A stretch of 64,000 nucleotides of DNA from a virus: the IMG/VR virus record IMGVR_UViG_3300020474_001461, positions 1-64,000 of that record; one strand, 5' to 3'. Positions 46,841 through 56,828 of the stretch are shown here, in pieces. Made by a program: the position numbers and the translations under genes. The stretch's first letter is position 1. Every line of letters begins with the position of its first letter. The notes under the pieces are model-generated. The model was not told where the DNA came from. It made no database searches and saw only the letters and a program-made list of their open reading frames with translations.

Positions 46841-49345
46841 AAATTGTGAAGCTTTTTGTAAATTAGAATTAGGTTTTTCCCAATTCATTGCTTCATAAAA
46901 ATCACCAAGTTTGTTTTCCAACTCTTTTTCCCATATTTTATCATAGTTAATATATTGTTCAACAAACTTTAGAATCTGTGGTGGGTCATTGTGACCTTTT
47001 AACGCGGTTGAGTCTAATCCAAGTGGATTATTTTTTAAGTAGACCCACTTAACTTTGTCACCATCTCTCATTGGTTCATATTTGTAAGGTACTTTATAGA
47101 ATGCAAGTAATTGATTATATGTCAATGCAGATTTAACGTGAGCAGGAGTTCCTTTTTTGAACTCACCCAACACCTGACTTTTTGTCATATACTTTGACAG
47201 TTGTTTTACTGATGTATTTTTTGCTATGTCTATAAAGTTCCTATCAACCATACCATCTTTGTAATCTAATATTTTTTGGTCAATTTCTGTTTTATCAGTT
47301 GATTTTAGAATATCTAAAAGAACTGTTTTCATTACTTCTTTAAAGTAGGTTGGGAAAGAACTTCTTTTTACATCCAACCCTTTTACATCCAATTTATCAC
47401 AATCAACAGTATTGTCGTTGATAATCCATTGAGCGTATCGTTTCTTTGATACCCAAAAACCACCCTTAGCGATTGTTTCTTGTTTGATATCAAATCTATG
47501 TGTATCGATATTAAATAACTTTTTTGACATAATATCGTACATTCCGTTAATATGTTGTTCTACCTCTTTTGCTGCAGATAGAATCGCAGGAATCATCTCT
47601 TCATCTGAATCTTCATTAAGTTCAGGATTACGTGCTTTTACTAATGGTGCTGCTTGATAGAATACAGAATCAGTATCAGTATATACGTTATAGTCTGCCT
47701 CTTGTCCTATCACCTTTGAGTAGTATTGATTTGCAATTAACTCAGTTGTTTTAATTACAGTTTGACCTGTAATCGTAGTTGCTTCTGCGTTATCAATATC
47801 ATAGAATCTAAATGAAGGTAATCCTAAAACTCCATATAACGAGTTTAACATAATCTTTTGTACCAACTGTCTTTTACCATAAAACTTATATTTGTCGTCA
47901 TTACCTTCCTTACCATACTTTTTCATTAAGTCTTTATATTCAACTCTTTTGTTAAACCAAACATTTAATACTTCAGGAATAATACCAATCTTATCTGTTC
48001 TATAAAGTACTCCATTAGCTGCGACTGAGTATTTGTTCTTCTCTATAAATGCGTTGAACTTATCTTTTGATAAAGTAGGGAACTCATTTCCACCCGCGTC
48101 CATAATAGTATAAGTTTCCAATCTACCCTTCATATGGTCCTCAGCAGAATAATCTTTGAGTTTACCGATTTTTGTTTCAGGTGAGATATTGATACTCATA
48201 ATAATTGATGGGTATAGTGAAGTTAAATCCAAATCATAAACCCATTTATATAATCCTGGCTTTGGTTCTTTTACATATGCTCCTGTAAATTTACCCTCAC
48301 CATCTGAACCATCTTCGTTCCTTGGAACCCTTCTTGCTTTATTTGGTGCGACTCTACCACTTCTTCTAAGGAATGTCAACATTGCACCTTCTAACCATTT
48401 TGATGAAAATAAGTAATCTTCATAAAATACATGACCTGTATGACATATTGCTCTTGCCAAATCAATAAACTGAAGTTTCTTATCCATATCAACAACTAAC
48501 TCGACATCAACTAAGTTGTACTCAATAAACTTTTCTATATCGTCTCTGAATAATTGGTCAAGGTTTCCTTCATACTCAATCTTTCCTCTACCCAACTCAG
48601 TTGTTGCAACAGTGTCTAATCTGTAGTTTGGAAGTTCAGTGTATGTATAACATTTATATAATGCAAGATAATCTAATGCTGATACACCTGCGATAATGTA
48701 TCTTTTTCTATATTTGTTGTAGTGTACTTTACCAATCGGTGATAATTTATTTGCTAATCTTTCACCAAATTTGTTTTTCAATCTATTGTACAAATAGGTT
48801 ACATCAAAATAGTCAATATTCCATCCTGTAACAATTGTTGGATTTATTTCTTGCCATTTGTTTAAAAATGCCATAAGTAGTTCATCTTCTGAATCAAATG
48901 ACTGTACCTCTGCACCTTTGATTGTTTTATTTATTTTTTCACCCTTGTTGACAACATAAACAAAATAATCATTTGTAACACTATCATGTCCTGCAATTGC
49001 AGTAACTTCATTACTTGCTTTATCAATATCAGGAAGACCACTAATCATTTCTACCTCTATATCAAATGTAAGAACTGTATGTCCAACTGATGATTCATCT
49101 GAGTCACCATAGTTGTCAATTAAGAATCTTGTAACTTCGTTTACATCTGATTCATATAATTGTAAATCATCTTCTGCTTTCCACCAATTAAGTTTCTTCA
49201 AACGTTCACCGTGAATTGATTGATGTGCTCCGTTACCATCTCTTACATATGCGTATCTACGATACTTTGATGTATAGTAACCTTTTTCATCATCCCAACA
49301 ATGAATAATATTTTTTTCTTTTTCGTAGTATACGTTTTGATACAT
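46829..49345 (-). CDS. Family B DNA polymerase
   Basis: FDIE, GWNIDYFD, YNLVD, DLTSLYPS, KIMLNSLYG, YTDTDS. Confidence 0.97.
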   Translation of the reverse strand: MYQNVYYEKEKNIIHCWDDEKGYYTSKYRRYAYVRDGNGAHQSIHGERLKKLNWWKAEDDLQLYESDVNEVTRFLIDNYGDSDESSVGHTVLTFDIEVEMISGLPDIDKASNEVTAIAGHDSVTNDYFVYVVNKGEKINKTIKGAEVQSFDSEDELLMAFLNKWQEINPTIVTGWNIDYFDVTYLYNRLKNKFGERLANKLSPIGKVHYNKYRKRYIIAGVSALDYLALYKCYTYTELPNYRLDTVATTELGRGKIEYEGNLDQLFRDDIEKFIEYNLVDVELVVDMDKKLQFIDLARAICHTGHVFYEDYLFSSKWLEGAMLTFLRRSGRVAPNKARRVPRNEDGSDGEGKFTGAYVKEPKPGLYKWVYDLDLTSLYPSIIMSINISPETKIGKLKDYSAEDHMKGRLETYTIMDAGGNEFPTLSKDKFNAFIEKNKYSVAANGVLYRTDKIGIIPEVLNVWFNKRVEYKDLMKKYGKEGNDDKYKFYGKRQLVQKIMLNSLYGVLGLPSFRFYDIDNAEATTITGQTVIKTTELIANQYYSKVIGQEADYNVYTDTDSVFYQAAPLVKARNPELNEDSDEEMIPAILSAAKEVEQHINGMYDIMSKKLFNIDTHRFDIKQETIAKGGFWVSKKRYAQWIINDNTVDCDKLDVKGLDVKRSSFPTYFKEVMKTVLLDILKSTDKTEIDQKILDYKDGMVDRNFIDIAKNTSVKQLSKYMTKSQVLGEFKKGTPAHVKSALTYNQLLAFYKVPYKYEPMRDGDKVKWVYLKNNPLGLDSTALKGHNDPPQILKFVEQYINYDKIWEKELENKLGDFYEAMNWEKPNSNLQKASQFFGF

Positions 49346-49348
49346 ATA

Positions 49349-49552
49349 TTATTGATAATCGTTAAATTCACCAAAAAGTAGGTGAGTCCAAGTTTCCCCT
49401 TTTACTATTTTTCTTATATTGGCAGGGGATACACCATTATTTCTTGCTAATACTCTTATATTACGATGACCTACAGACCATAGTTTTCTAATAGACTTAA
49501 CTTGAGTCTCTGTTAATTTATGTTGTGGGTGTGATTCTCCTCGTAATCTCAT
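49349..49552 (-). CDS. Small HTH protein of the kind found at HNH C-termini
   Basis: RGESHPQHKLTETQV..IR ... LAR..GVS...I..IV.GETW. Confidence 0.65.
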   Translation of the reverse strand: MRLRGESHPQHKLTETQVKSIRKLWSVGHRNIRVLARNNGVSPANIRKIVKGETWTHLLFGEFNDYQ

Positions 49553-49566
49553 TCTAAATCTTCTCA

Positions 49567-49598
49567 CTAATATACAAAATTTTTATTAATTTTCCAAA
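49567..49598 (-). promoter_or_regulatory. Bacteroidota-type promoter (HTH-polB)
   Basis: TTTGG-N19-TATATTAG. Confidence 0.7.
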
Positions 49599-50143
49599 TA
49601 CATTTCACCATTTTTTACACCTGATGGTATCGTATCCCACAGATTTATTGCTATGGCCCTTCTTGTTCCACGAGTAACTTTGGTAACTCTATGTTGGTGA
49701 TGACCCGCAGGAAAGATAACTAATCTATTGTATTTGGGTTCTAATCTTTCAGGTTCACCATCTTGTCCATGTGAATATATTTCAAGATAACCACCATCTA
49801 TATCATTTTCCCATGGATAAAAAACTGTTCCTATTACGGGACTAACTATTCTTTTTTCAGTATCCCAAATATATTCATCTTTATCAAAATGAAACGGTAA
49901 TTCATCTCTATCTTCATCTTGAGAATAAACACCTGTCCAATATTCAAACCCTGAAACACTTACAGGTGGATATGGAGAGTTTTTACCCCAAATATACTCT
50001 ATCAATTCTTTTTTAAGTGTGTTTGATGGTGTATTCCACCACCCATTCCACCAATAGTAACCTTTATCGTCCCAAAAAGTATTGTCCTCTTTGAGTCTAT
50101 TTAAAAGGTCTTGGTCTTTGATAAAATCATCAATTACTATCAT
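49586..50143 (-). CDS. 2OG-Fe(II) oxygenase (prolyl-4-hydroxylase-like)
   Basis: HFDKDE, GGYL, PKYNRLVIF, HRV..VT.GTR. Confidence 0.85.
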   Translation of the reverse strand: MIVIDDFIKDQDLLNRLKEDNTFWDDKGYYWWNGWWNTPSNTLKKELIEYIWGKNSPYPPVSVSGFEYWTGVYSQDEDRDELPFHFDKDEYIWDTEKRIVSPVIGTVFYPWENDIDGGYLEIYSHGQDGEPERLEPKYNRLVIFPAGHHQHRVTKVTRGTRRAIAINLWDTIPSGVKNGEMYLEN

Positions 50144-51234
50144 AATAATATTTCTACTTTCTTTAATGCTGCTGCAATTACTTGGTGCATATCATAATAC
50201 TTATATTCTGCTAATCTACCACCAAATATTACTTTGTCTTGTTGTTGTGACAGTTTTTTATACTTGTTATACTTTTCGTTGTTTACTTTATCATTCACAG
50301 GATAAAAAGGTTCTACACCTCTTTCATATGGTTGTGGATACTCCCAACTAACGTAAGTTCCCTCTTGATTTTGATTATCAAAATACTTATGTTCTATGAT
50401 TCTTGTATATGGTGTTTCTGAGTCCGTATAGTTCATAACTGCACATCCTTGATAGTTGTCCTTTGATTTGTACATCTTATTCATCCAACTTACTGACTTA
50501 TATTCTAAATCACCATATTTGTAATCATAGTATTTATCAATTGGTCCTGTATATATTACTTTTTCACCTAAACCTTCCCAAAAGTCTTTTTTATCAAAAT
50601 AATCTGTTTCTGTAAATACTTCAATGTCTTCTAATAATCTTTCAAATATCTGAGTGTATCCACCGATTGGTATTCCTTGATATTTGTCATTAAAATAGTT
50701 GTTATTGTAACTAAACCTAACAGGTAATCTTTTGATAATTGATTTTGGTAACAACATACAAGGTTTCATCCACTGTTTTTCAGTATAACCTTTTATTAAC
50801 TTTTCGTAAATATCTTTTCCAACAAGAGCCTGTGCTTGCTCTTCTAAATTAGTAGGATTACCTTCAAATTTTTGTGATTCAATCTTTTCTTTTGCGTCTT
50901 CAGGAGTTCTAACACCCCACATTTTATTGAATGTGTACATATTAAAAGGTAGTGGATATATTTCACCTTTATAGTTTGCTATTGGATTTAATTGAAACTG
51001 ATTAAAGTCTACAAACTGATTTATCCAATGCCACACTTTTTCACTATTTGTATGAAATATATGTGGTCCATATTTGTGTACATGAATTTTATCCACCTCT
51101 TCTGTATAACAGTTACCACCAATGTGGTCTCTTTTTTCAATAACACAAACTTTTTTACCTGCCTCTTTCAGTTCATATGCACAAACTGCTCCATAAAATC
51201 CTGAACCGACAATTAGATAATCGTATTTATACAT
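50140..51234 (-). CDS. glf: UDP-galactopyranose mutase
   Basis: VGSGFYGA, HIGGNCY, YGPHIFHT, GRLAEYKYYDMHQ. Confidence 0.96.
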   Translation of the reverse strand: MYKYDYLIVGSGFYGAVCAYELKEAGKKVCVIEKRDHIGGNCYTEEVDKIHVHKYGPHIFHTNSEKVWHWINQFVDFNQFQLNPIANYKGEIYPLPFNMYTFNKMWGVRTPEDAKEKIESQKFEGNPTNLEEQAQALVGKDIYEKLIKGYTEKQWMKPCMLLPKSIIKRLPVRFSYNNNYFNDKYQGIPIGGYTQIFERLLEDIEVFTETDYFDKKDFWEGLGEKVIYTGPIDKYYDYKYGDLEYKSVSWMNKMYKSKDNYQGCAVMNYTDSETPYTRIIEHKYFDNQNQEGTYVSWEYPQPYERGVEPFYPVNDKVNNEKYNKYKKLSQQQDKVIFGGRLAEYKYYDMHQVIAAALKKVEILL

Positions 51235-52315
51235 TTCTTTTTGCAACTTCAAATAATTCTTTACATTTTGTTCCTGTATCAGGATATGATTGGTTATCTA
51301 TAAAAAATGTACAATTAGGAAAAGGATTTTTATTTTTCATAATTTTAGTACAAACTTCCAACATTTGTTCCCAAAACCCATTGTCTCTATAATAGTTTGC
51401 CAAATCAATTAAGTGTTCGTTTCTTCCTTGACAGTATTTTTCCGCCTCTTCCCACTTTTGTAATCCATCATATGGTTCACCTAAAAATGTATACAATCTA
51501 CCTAATAATAGACACCCATAATATGCCATTTCATCCCAACGAGGATTTTTACCGTGAACTTTTTTTAGATACATTTCAAAATAAAATACTGCTCTTCTTG
51601 CATATTCATATGAATGTAGTTCACCAAATGGTAGTTCTTCTGTTTTCCAATAACCATCGTAATATGATTTTCCAATATACCATAGATGATAGTCATCTTC
51701 TAATACTTTTTTAGTTGGTACATTTTCTAACTCAAGTGTCAGTGCGTCTGTAATAAACTTATTGTCTACAGTCCAAGTTTGTCCATCATTTGTTACGATA
51801 TGTCTAAATGATTTCGGTAAAGGTACTCTAACAAAGTCTTCATCCACATCGGGTAGATGTATTGTTTCGTGTCTTTTAGAATGTTTGAAATACCACGGTC
51901 TGTTTGCGTTCCATAACCAAGTTCTGTAGTAGTAACTATCACCTGAGTCTACAGGGATGTTAAAAGAGTCGATAGAAGTATCGTTGAATATCGACCAATC
52001 AAAATCTTCATCTACTCTTAATTGTTCATCTGCGTCCATTCTAATAATCCAATCACATCCATGATTAGAACTTAGACACTTTTGTAAAGTATGGTCTCTA
52101 TTATAGCCAGGAAACTTCCATTCTGTTTCATAAAGAAATCCGTCAATACCCTTTTCTTCAAAAAAATCACGAATTATTTGTTGAGTTCCATCAGTTGACC
52201 CATTATCTTGAATCACCCAATAGTCAATGTACTGATAACACGACTCTAACATTCTAAGAATAGTGTTAGATTCGTTTGCTACCATAGCATTCAAACAAAT
52301 CTTTGTTTGTTTCAT
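51227..52315 (-). CDS. Glycosyltransferase family 2 with C-terminal TPR-like helices
   Basis: ICLNAMVANE, DNGSTDGT, MDADE, HE. Confidence 0.85.
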   Translation of the reverse strand: MKQTKICLNAMVANESNTILRMLESCYQYIDYWVIQDNGSTDGTQQIIRDFFEEKGIDGFLYETEWKFPGYNRDHTLQKCLSSNHGCDWIIRMDADEQLRVDEDFDWSIFNDTSIDSFNIPVDSGDSYYYRTWLWNANRPWYFKHSKRHETIHLPDVDEDFVRVPLPKSFRHIVTNDGQTWTVDNKFITDALTLELENVPTKKVLEDDYHLWYIGKSYYDGYWKTEELPFGELHSYEYARRAVFYFEMYLKKVHGKNPRWDEMAYYGCLLLGRLYTFLGEPYDGLQKWEEAEKYCQGRNEHLIDLANYYRDNGFWEQMLEVCTKIMKNKNPFPNCTFFIDNQSYPDTGTKCKELFEVAKRNV

Positions 52316-52328
52316 AACCTTTTACTTT

Positions 52329-52565
52329 TTATACAGATAAGTACTCGTTCATTGGTTTTACACCAATAATTCTTTTTACCTCAATTTGATTTTCTAACAA
52401 AACTACAGTTGGAACACTCCTTATACCATATCTTTGTGCTAAATCGGACTGTTCATCCACATTTATTTTATTTACAGGAATTGTATTACCGACTTGTTCC
52501 ATAACAGGACTCAACATCTTACATGGACCACACCATGGTGCTGAAAAATATAAATATTCTTTCAT
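52329..52565 (-). CDS. trxA: Thioredoxin
   Basis: WCGPC, SVPT. Confidence 0.93.
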   Translation of the reverse strand: MKEYLYFSAPWCGPCKMLSPVMEQVGNTIPVNKINVDEQSDLAQRYGIRSVPTVVLLENQIEVKRIIGVKPMNEYLSV

Positions 52566-52579
52566 TTTCTTACTTTCAT

Positions 52580-54364
52580 TTAACCATCACAGGATACACA
52601 ATCAGGGTCCAATGCTCGTGCTGCGATATCACCACGAAGGACGGACTCTGTTCTCATATAGTATAAAGTTTTAATCCCTTGTTTCCATGATTCCATAGTG
52701 ACTTGATTAATCCACTTTGGACTTGCTTCAGATGGAAACGCCAGATTCAACGAAACTGATTGGTCAATATATTGCTGTCTAACACCTGCCTGTCTAATTA
52801 ATTCTAACTGATTAATTTCTTTAAAAGTCTTAAATACATCTTTAACCCAAAAAACTTGTTCTTTATCAAATGATTCTTGTGGGATATCTTCTCTTTTTAG
52901 TAGTTTTCCATCTACATATCCCCAATCATCTAATTGTTTAATATCTTGAACTGAACCACCATCTTCTAAGATTTTATCCCAAGTTGGTTTTTTATTTATA
53001 CCAACTTTTCTAAGAACTTTTTCTAATTCAAGATTCTTACGGATAAATGTACCTTTTGCTGTTTGTTCAGTAAATACATTTGATGGCCATGGTTCAATAC
53101 CTGCTGAAACATTACCACTTAGTTTAGAGTTGGATACAGTTGGTGCGATTGCTCTTAAGTGAGTGTTTCTAAATCCACTATCTTTACACCATAATGGTTC
53201 ACCCATTTCTGTTGCCATATCTCTACTTGCTCTTTCTGATTCAATTTTTATTTGTGAAAAAATCTTACGAGTTTCAAATTGAGAAGGTAATCCTTCAAAT
53301 GAAATACCTTTTCTTTGTAAGTAAGTATGCCATCCAAGAACACCTAATCCTAATGCTCTACCTTTTTCTGCAGAACGAACTGAATTTTCAAATCCTCTCA
53401 TGTTTTTTGCTTTTTGGATAAACTCTGAAAGAACTCCATCCAAGAACCAAGTTGCTGTATAAATTAAATCAGTATCTTTCCACTCATCGTACTTTGCTAA
53501 GTTAAGTGAAGACAAACAACAAACAAATGAGTGATTTTCATCTGTATGTAATACGATTTCAGAACAGATATTAGTCATGAAAACTTTCAATCCATTATCT
53601 TTATACATTGGTGGATTTGCGTTGTTTACGTTACCTTTAAACATGATATACGGTTCACCTGTTGCTTTTCTCTTCTGAAGTAATTTACCCCATCTTCTTC
53701 TTGCTTCAGATTCACCATCTTCTAATTTTCTCATAAACTTGTTACCAACAACAACACACTGATGTAAGTTCATACATTGTCTATTTACATCACCTTTTGG
53801 TTCTCTTATTTCAATCCATTCATCAAAATCATCGTGTTCGATATTCAAGTTTACAGATGCTGCTCCTCTTCTAACTGCACCTTGATTTGTTGCAAGGATT
53901 GTAGAATCATAAATCTTACAAAATGGTACGACACCATCAGATGTTCCGTTTTGTGTAATGTTAGAACCTGCGGGTCTAATCATATTTACTCCAATACCTA
54001 CTCCACCACCGTGTTTTGCAAGTAACATCATTTCTAAGTTTTTGTGACCAATTTCTTGAATTGAATCTCCTACATCAATACCAAAACAACTAATTGGTAA
54101 ACCTCTGTCTGTTCCCGTATTGGATAATACAGGTGACGCCAGATTTAACCACCCTTTCCATATGTAATCAAAAAACTTTGACGCAAGTTGTGGTTTATTC
54201 AGTCTTCTTGCAACTGCTGTTGATACTCTCCAATATGCGTCTTTGGGTTTTTCGTCAGGAAGTAAATAACCTTTTGATATTGTTTTTACATAGATTTCCG
54301 TGTTTGCCCAAACAGGAAAATCTACACCAACTTCCCAACCTAAATTTTCTGCGTAATTCTTCAT
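52580..54364 (-). CDS. nrdA: Ribonucleotide reductase class Ia alpha subunit (no ATP cone evident)
   Basis: PISCF, TNICSEI, VCCLSS, IAPT, KTLYY, C-terminal CVSC. Confidence 0.95.
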   Translation of the reverse strand: MKNYAENLGWEVGVDFPVWANTEIYVKTISKGYLLPDEKPKDAYWRVSTAVARRLNKPQLASKFFDYIWKGWLNLASPVLSNTGTDRGLPISCFGIDVGDSIQEIGHKNLEMMLLAKHGGGVGIGVNMIRPAGSNITQNGTSDGVVPFCKIYDSTILATNQGAVRRGAASVNLNIEHDDFDEWIEIREPKGDVNRQCMNLHQCVVVGNKFMRKLEDGESEARRRWGKLLQKRKATGEPYIMFKGNVNNANPPMYKDNGLKVFMTNICSEIVLHTDENHSFVCCLSSLNLAKYDEWKDTDLIYTATWFLDGVLSEFIQKAKNMRGFENSVRSAEKGRALGLGVLGWHTYLQRKGISFEGLPSQFETRKIFSQIKIESERASRDMATEMGEPLWCKDSGFRNTHLRAIAPTVSNSKLSGNVSAGIEPWPSNVFTEQTAKGTFIRKNLELEKVLRKVGINKKPTWDKILEDGGSVQDIKQLDDWGYVDGKLLKREDIPQESFDKEQVFWVKDVFKTFKEINQLELIRQAGVRQQYIDQSVSLNLAFPSEASPKWINQVTMESWKQGIKTLYYMRTESVLRGDIAARALDPDCVSCDG

Positions 54365-54376
54365 AACTAATTTTTC

Positions 54377-55372
54377 TTAAAATATGTCGTCCCAATCTTC
54401 ACCTTCATTTGCCTTGCTATAATCAGTAGGTCTGATAGCGAAGAAATCCGTATGTGTTTGTCCACCTGTTAAATGGTAGAACCAATCTAATTCTGATGCT
54501 GACTCGTCATCATAGTCTGTAATGACCTCATCATATCCTAATTCTTTGTATTTTTCGTTTATTCTTCTTTTGATAAAGTTTTTAAGGTCTTCTTTTTTGA
54601 GATTTTCTAAATCACCTTTTTCAAACATTTTATCAATAAATTTTAGTTCCAAATCTAACATAGTTTCTGCTGCCTCTCTAATTACAGGTTTTGCGTCTTC
54701 TATTAGTTCGGGATACTCATTACACATATGTCTAAATAATTGAATACCCATTTTAGAGTGTAATGATTCGTCTCTTACACTCCATTTCATTTGTTGACCA
54801 ATACCTTTTAGTCTGTTTCTCATTTGGAATGAGTAAAGTACTGCGAATGAAGAATAAAGTGCTACTCCTTCTGCAAATGCACTAAATATAGCAAGAGACC
54901 TTGCTACTTCAGTTCTTGCCTTTGGATTTGTTTTTAAATCCTCAAAAGTATAATCTGATGATACTTCTGCTAATGTCTCAAATCTTTCTGCTGTTGCAGG
55001 TTCGTGTAAAAATGCTTCAAAGTCTTCTAAACCTAATGATTCGTTTAGATATGAATATGCTGTTGCGTGAATGGTTTCTTGTGAACCAAACATCATTGCC
55101 ATCTGTTTTATTTCATGTTTTGGAAACCAATGTGTTACCATAGTTGTCCAATAATCCGATACTGCACATTCAGTTTGAGCAAACCCAAGTAATATATTAC
55201 CAACTAAGTGTTTTTCCTCAACTGACAAATTTTCATTCCAATCTTTGATGTCACCCTGCATAGGGATTTCTGTATGTAACCAAAATGCTTGTGCTTGTTT
55301 TAACCAACCTTCTGTATAGTATTGTGGATATTCAAATGGTTTAAAGGGTATACGATTGTCAAATAATCCCAT
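54377..55372 (-). CDS. nrdB: Ribonucleotide reductase beta subunit
   Basis: QETIHATAY, EGVALYSSF, RDESLH, DFF. Confidence 0.95.
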   Translation of the reverse strand: MGLFDNRIPFKPFEYPQYYTEGWLKQAQAFWLHTEIPMQGDIKDWNENLSVEEKHLVGNILLGFAQTECAVSDYWTTMVTHWFPKHEIKQMAMMFGSQETIHATAYSYLNESLGLEDFEAFLHEPATAERFETLAEVSSDYTFEDLKTNPKARTEVARSLAIFSAFAEGVALYSSFAVLYSFQMRNRLKGIGQQMKWSVRDESLHSKMGIQLFRHMCNEYPELIEDAKPVIREAAETMLDLELKFIDKMFEKGDLENLKKEDLKNFIKRRINEKYKELGYDEVITDYDDESASELDWFYHLTGGQTHTDFFAIRPTDYSKANEGEDWDDIF

Positions 55373-55433
55373 AATTTCTTAAATTAATTTTTAGAGTTAT
55401 ACTTTTGTTTTAGTCGGTGATAATATATATGAT

Positions 55434-56792
55434 TTAAAAATCAATATCACCCGACATTTCCTTATATTTTTGCGCTAATTCTTTTCTTACTAAACTCTCC
55501 CCCTGTTTCATTTGACTTGTAGTCTTTCTACCATCAATGGAATCATCATTATAAATGTGAATTTGCCCTGTCGAAAAGTTTGCTTTAGATGGGAATGTCA
55601 TTCCATCAGGTCCAAACCTATTTTTTATTACATGCCACCTACCTGTACCTGCGAGTTTGTCTTCTATTTTACGAGATAATGATACAACAAAATCTGCTGT
55701 CATCATCTTTGAAAACGAACCTGCTATCTTAGTACCTGTAATTATGTCATCTTCTGCACCACTTCTATTAATTTGTGATGCTGTATAAACAGGTACTTCA
55801 TATTCACCTGCCATACCACGAAGGTCTTCAATAATTTCTTCTAACTCTTCGTGTCTTTTTTCTTTTGTAGGACCTCTCAATAAATCTGCATAATCAACTA
55901 TTACTACATCAGGTCTTTTACCTTGTAGTATCATCTTGTCCATATGTGCTTTTAGTGATGTTACACTGGCGGTTTTGGTTGGATAGTGTTTTACGACTAA
56001 ATCACCTGACACAGACCCAACTGCTTTGGTCACATCTTCCATGTTGTATTTCAGATTTGCAACTGCAACTCCACTCAATACCGCATCATACCTCTGACCA
56101 ACATAACCTTCATTTAATTCAAGGGTATAGTGTGCGACCACTTTACCCTTCTTCATCGCGTTTACTCCAATGTTTATTAACGACCATGACTTACCAATAC
56201 CTGGCGGTGCTGCGAATAAAATTAATTCACCCTTCCCGAAACCACCTTGTGTAATCTCATCAATAACTTGCCACCCTGTTGAAACAACGTTTCTAACAGT
56301 GTCTTCATACCTTTCTACTATCATAGATTTATATTCATGACCGATATCAGAATCTTGACCAGCTTTCATTGCTGTATCAATGTTCTTTTTAATCATATCA
56401 TATTTACCACTTTCTAATAAAGGTACTGAATCTAATATTGCGTTCTTGATAGATTGATTTTTACAAAAGTCAAGAACTTCTTGTTTTACGAATTCTAAGT
56501 CATCACTTTCTAAATGATTCCACGCAAACTTTAGTGTATCAATAACAGAAGTTTTTAATACCTCTCGTTCTATTGAATTAATTTTAACTTTAAGAACATC
56601 TAAAGTTGGCATTTTCTCAAACTCGTTCATATATTTTAGAATGGTTCTAACTAACCACTCTGCTGCTTCAGAGTCAAAATATTCAGGTTTAATAATATCA
56701 TATATTTGTCTCGTAAAAGACCTATCTGATAATATAGATGATATTACCTTATTCTGAAATGTTGTACTAAACCTTGACCCTAACTTTTCCAT
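55434..56792 (-). CDS. Replicative helicase (DnaB/gp41-like)
   Basis: APPGIGKS, YTLEL, VDYAD, TASQINR, KNRFG. Confidence 0.93.
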   Translation of the reverse strand: MEKLGSRFSTTFQNKVISSILSDRSFTRQIYDIIKPEYFDSEAAEWLVRTILKYMNEFEKMPTLDVLKVKINSIEREVLKTSVIDTLKFAWNHLESDDLEFVKQEVLDFCKNQSIKNAILDSVPLLESGKYDMIKKNIDTAMKAGQDSDIGHEYKSMIVERYEDTVRNVVSTGWQVIDEITQGGFGKGELILFAAPPGIGKSWSLINIGVNAMKKGKVVAHYTLELNEGYVGQRYDAVLSGVAVANLKYNMEDVTKAVGSVSGDLVVKHYPTKTASVTSLKAHMDKMILQGKRPDVVIVDYADLLRGPTKEKRHEELEEIIEDLRGMAGEYEVPVYTASQINRSGAEDDIITGTKIAGSFSKMMTADFVVSLSRKIEDKLAGTGRWHVIKNRFGPDGMTFPSKANFSTGQIHIYNDDSIDGRKTTSQMKQGESLVRKELAQKYKEMSGDIDF

Positions 56793-56797
56793 AAACT

Positions 56798-56828
56798 ATA
56801 ATATACAAAATTATTTCTTAATATCAAA
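56798..56828 (-). promoter_or_regulatory. Bacteroidota-type promoter
   Basis: TTTGA-N18-TATATTAT. Confidence 0.5.
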
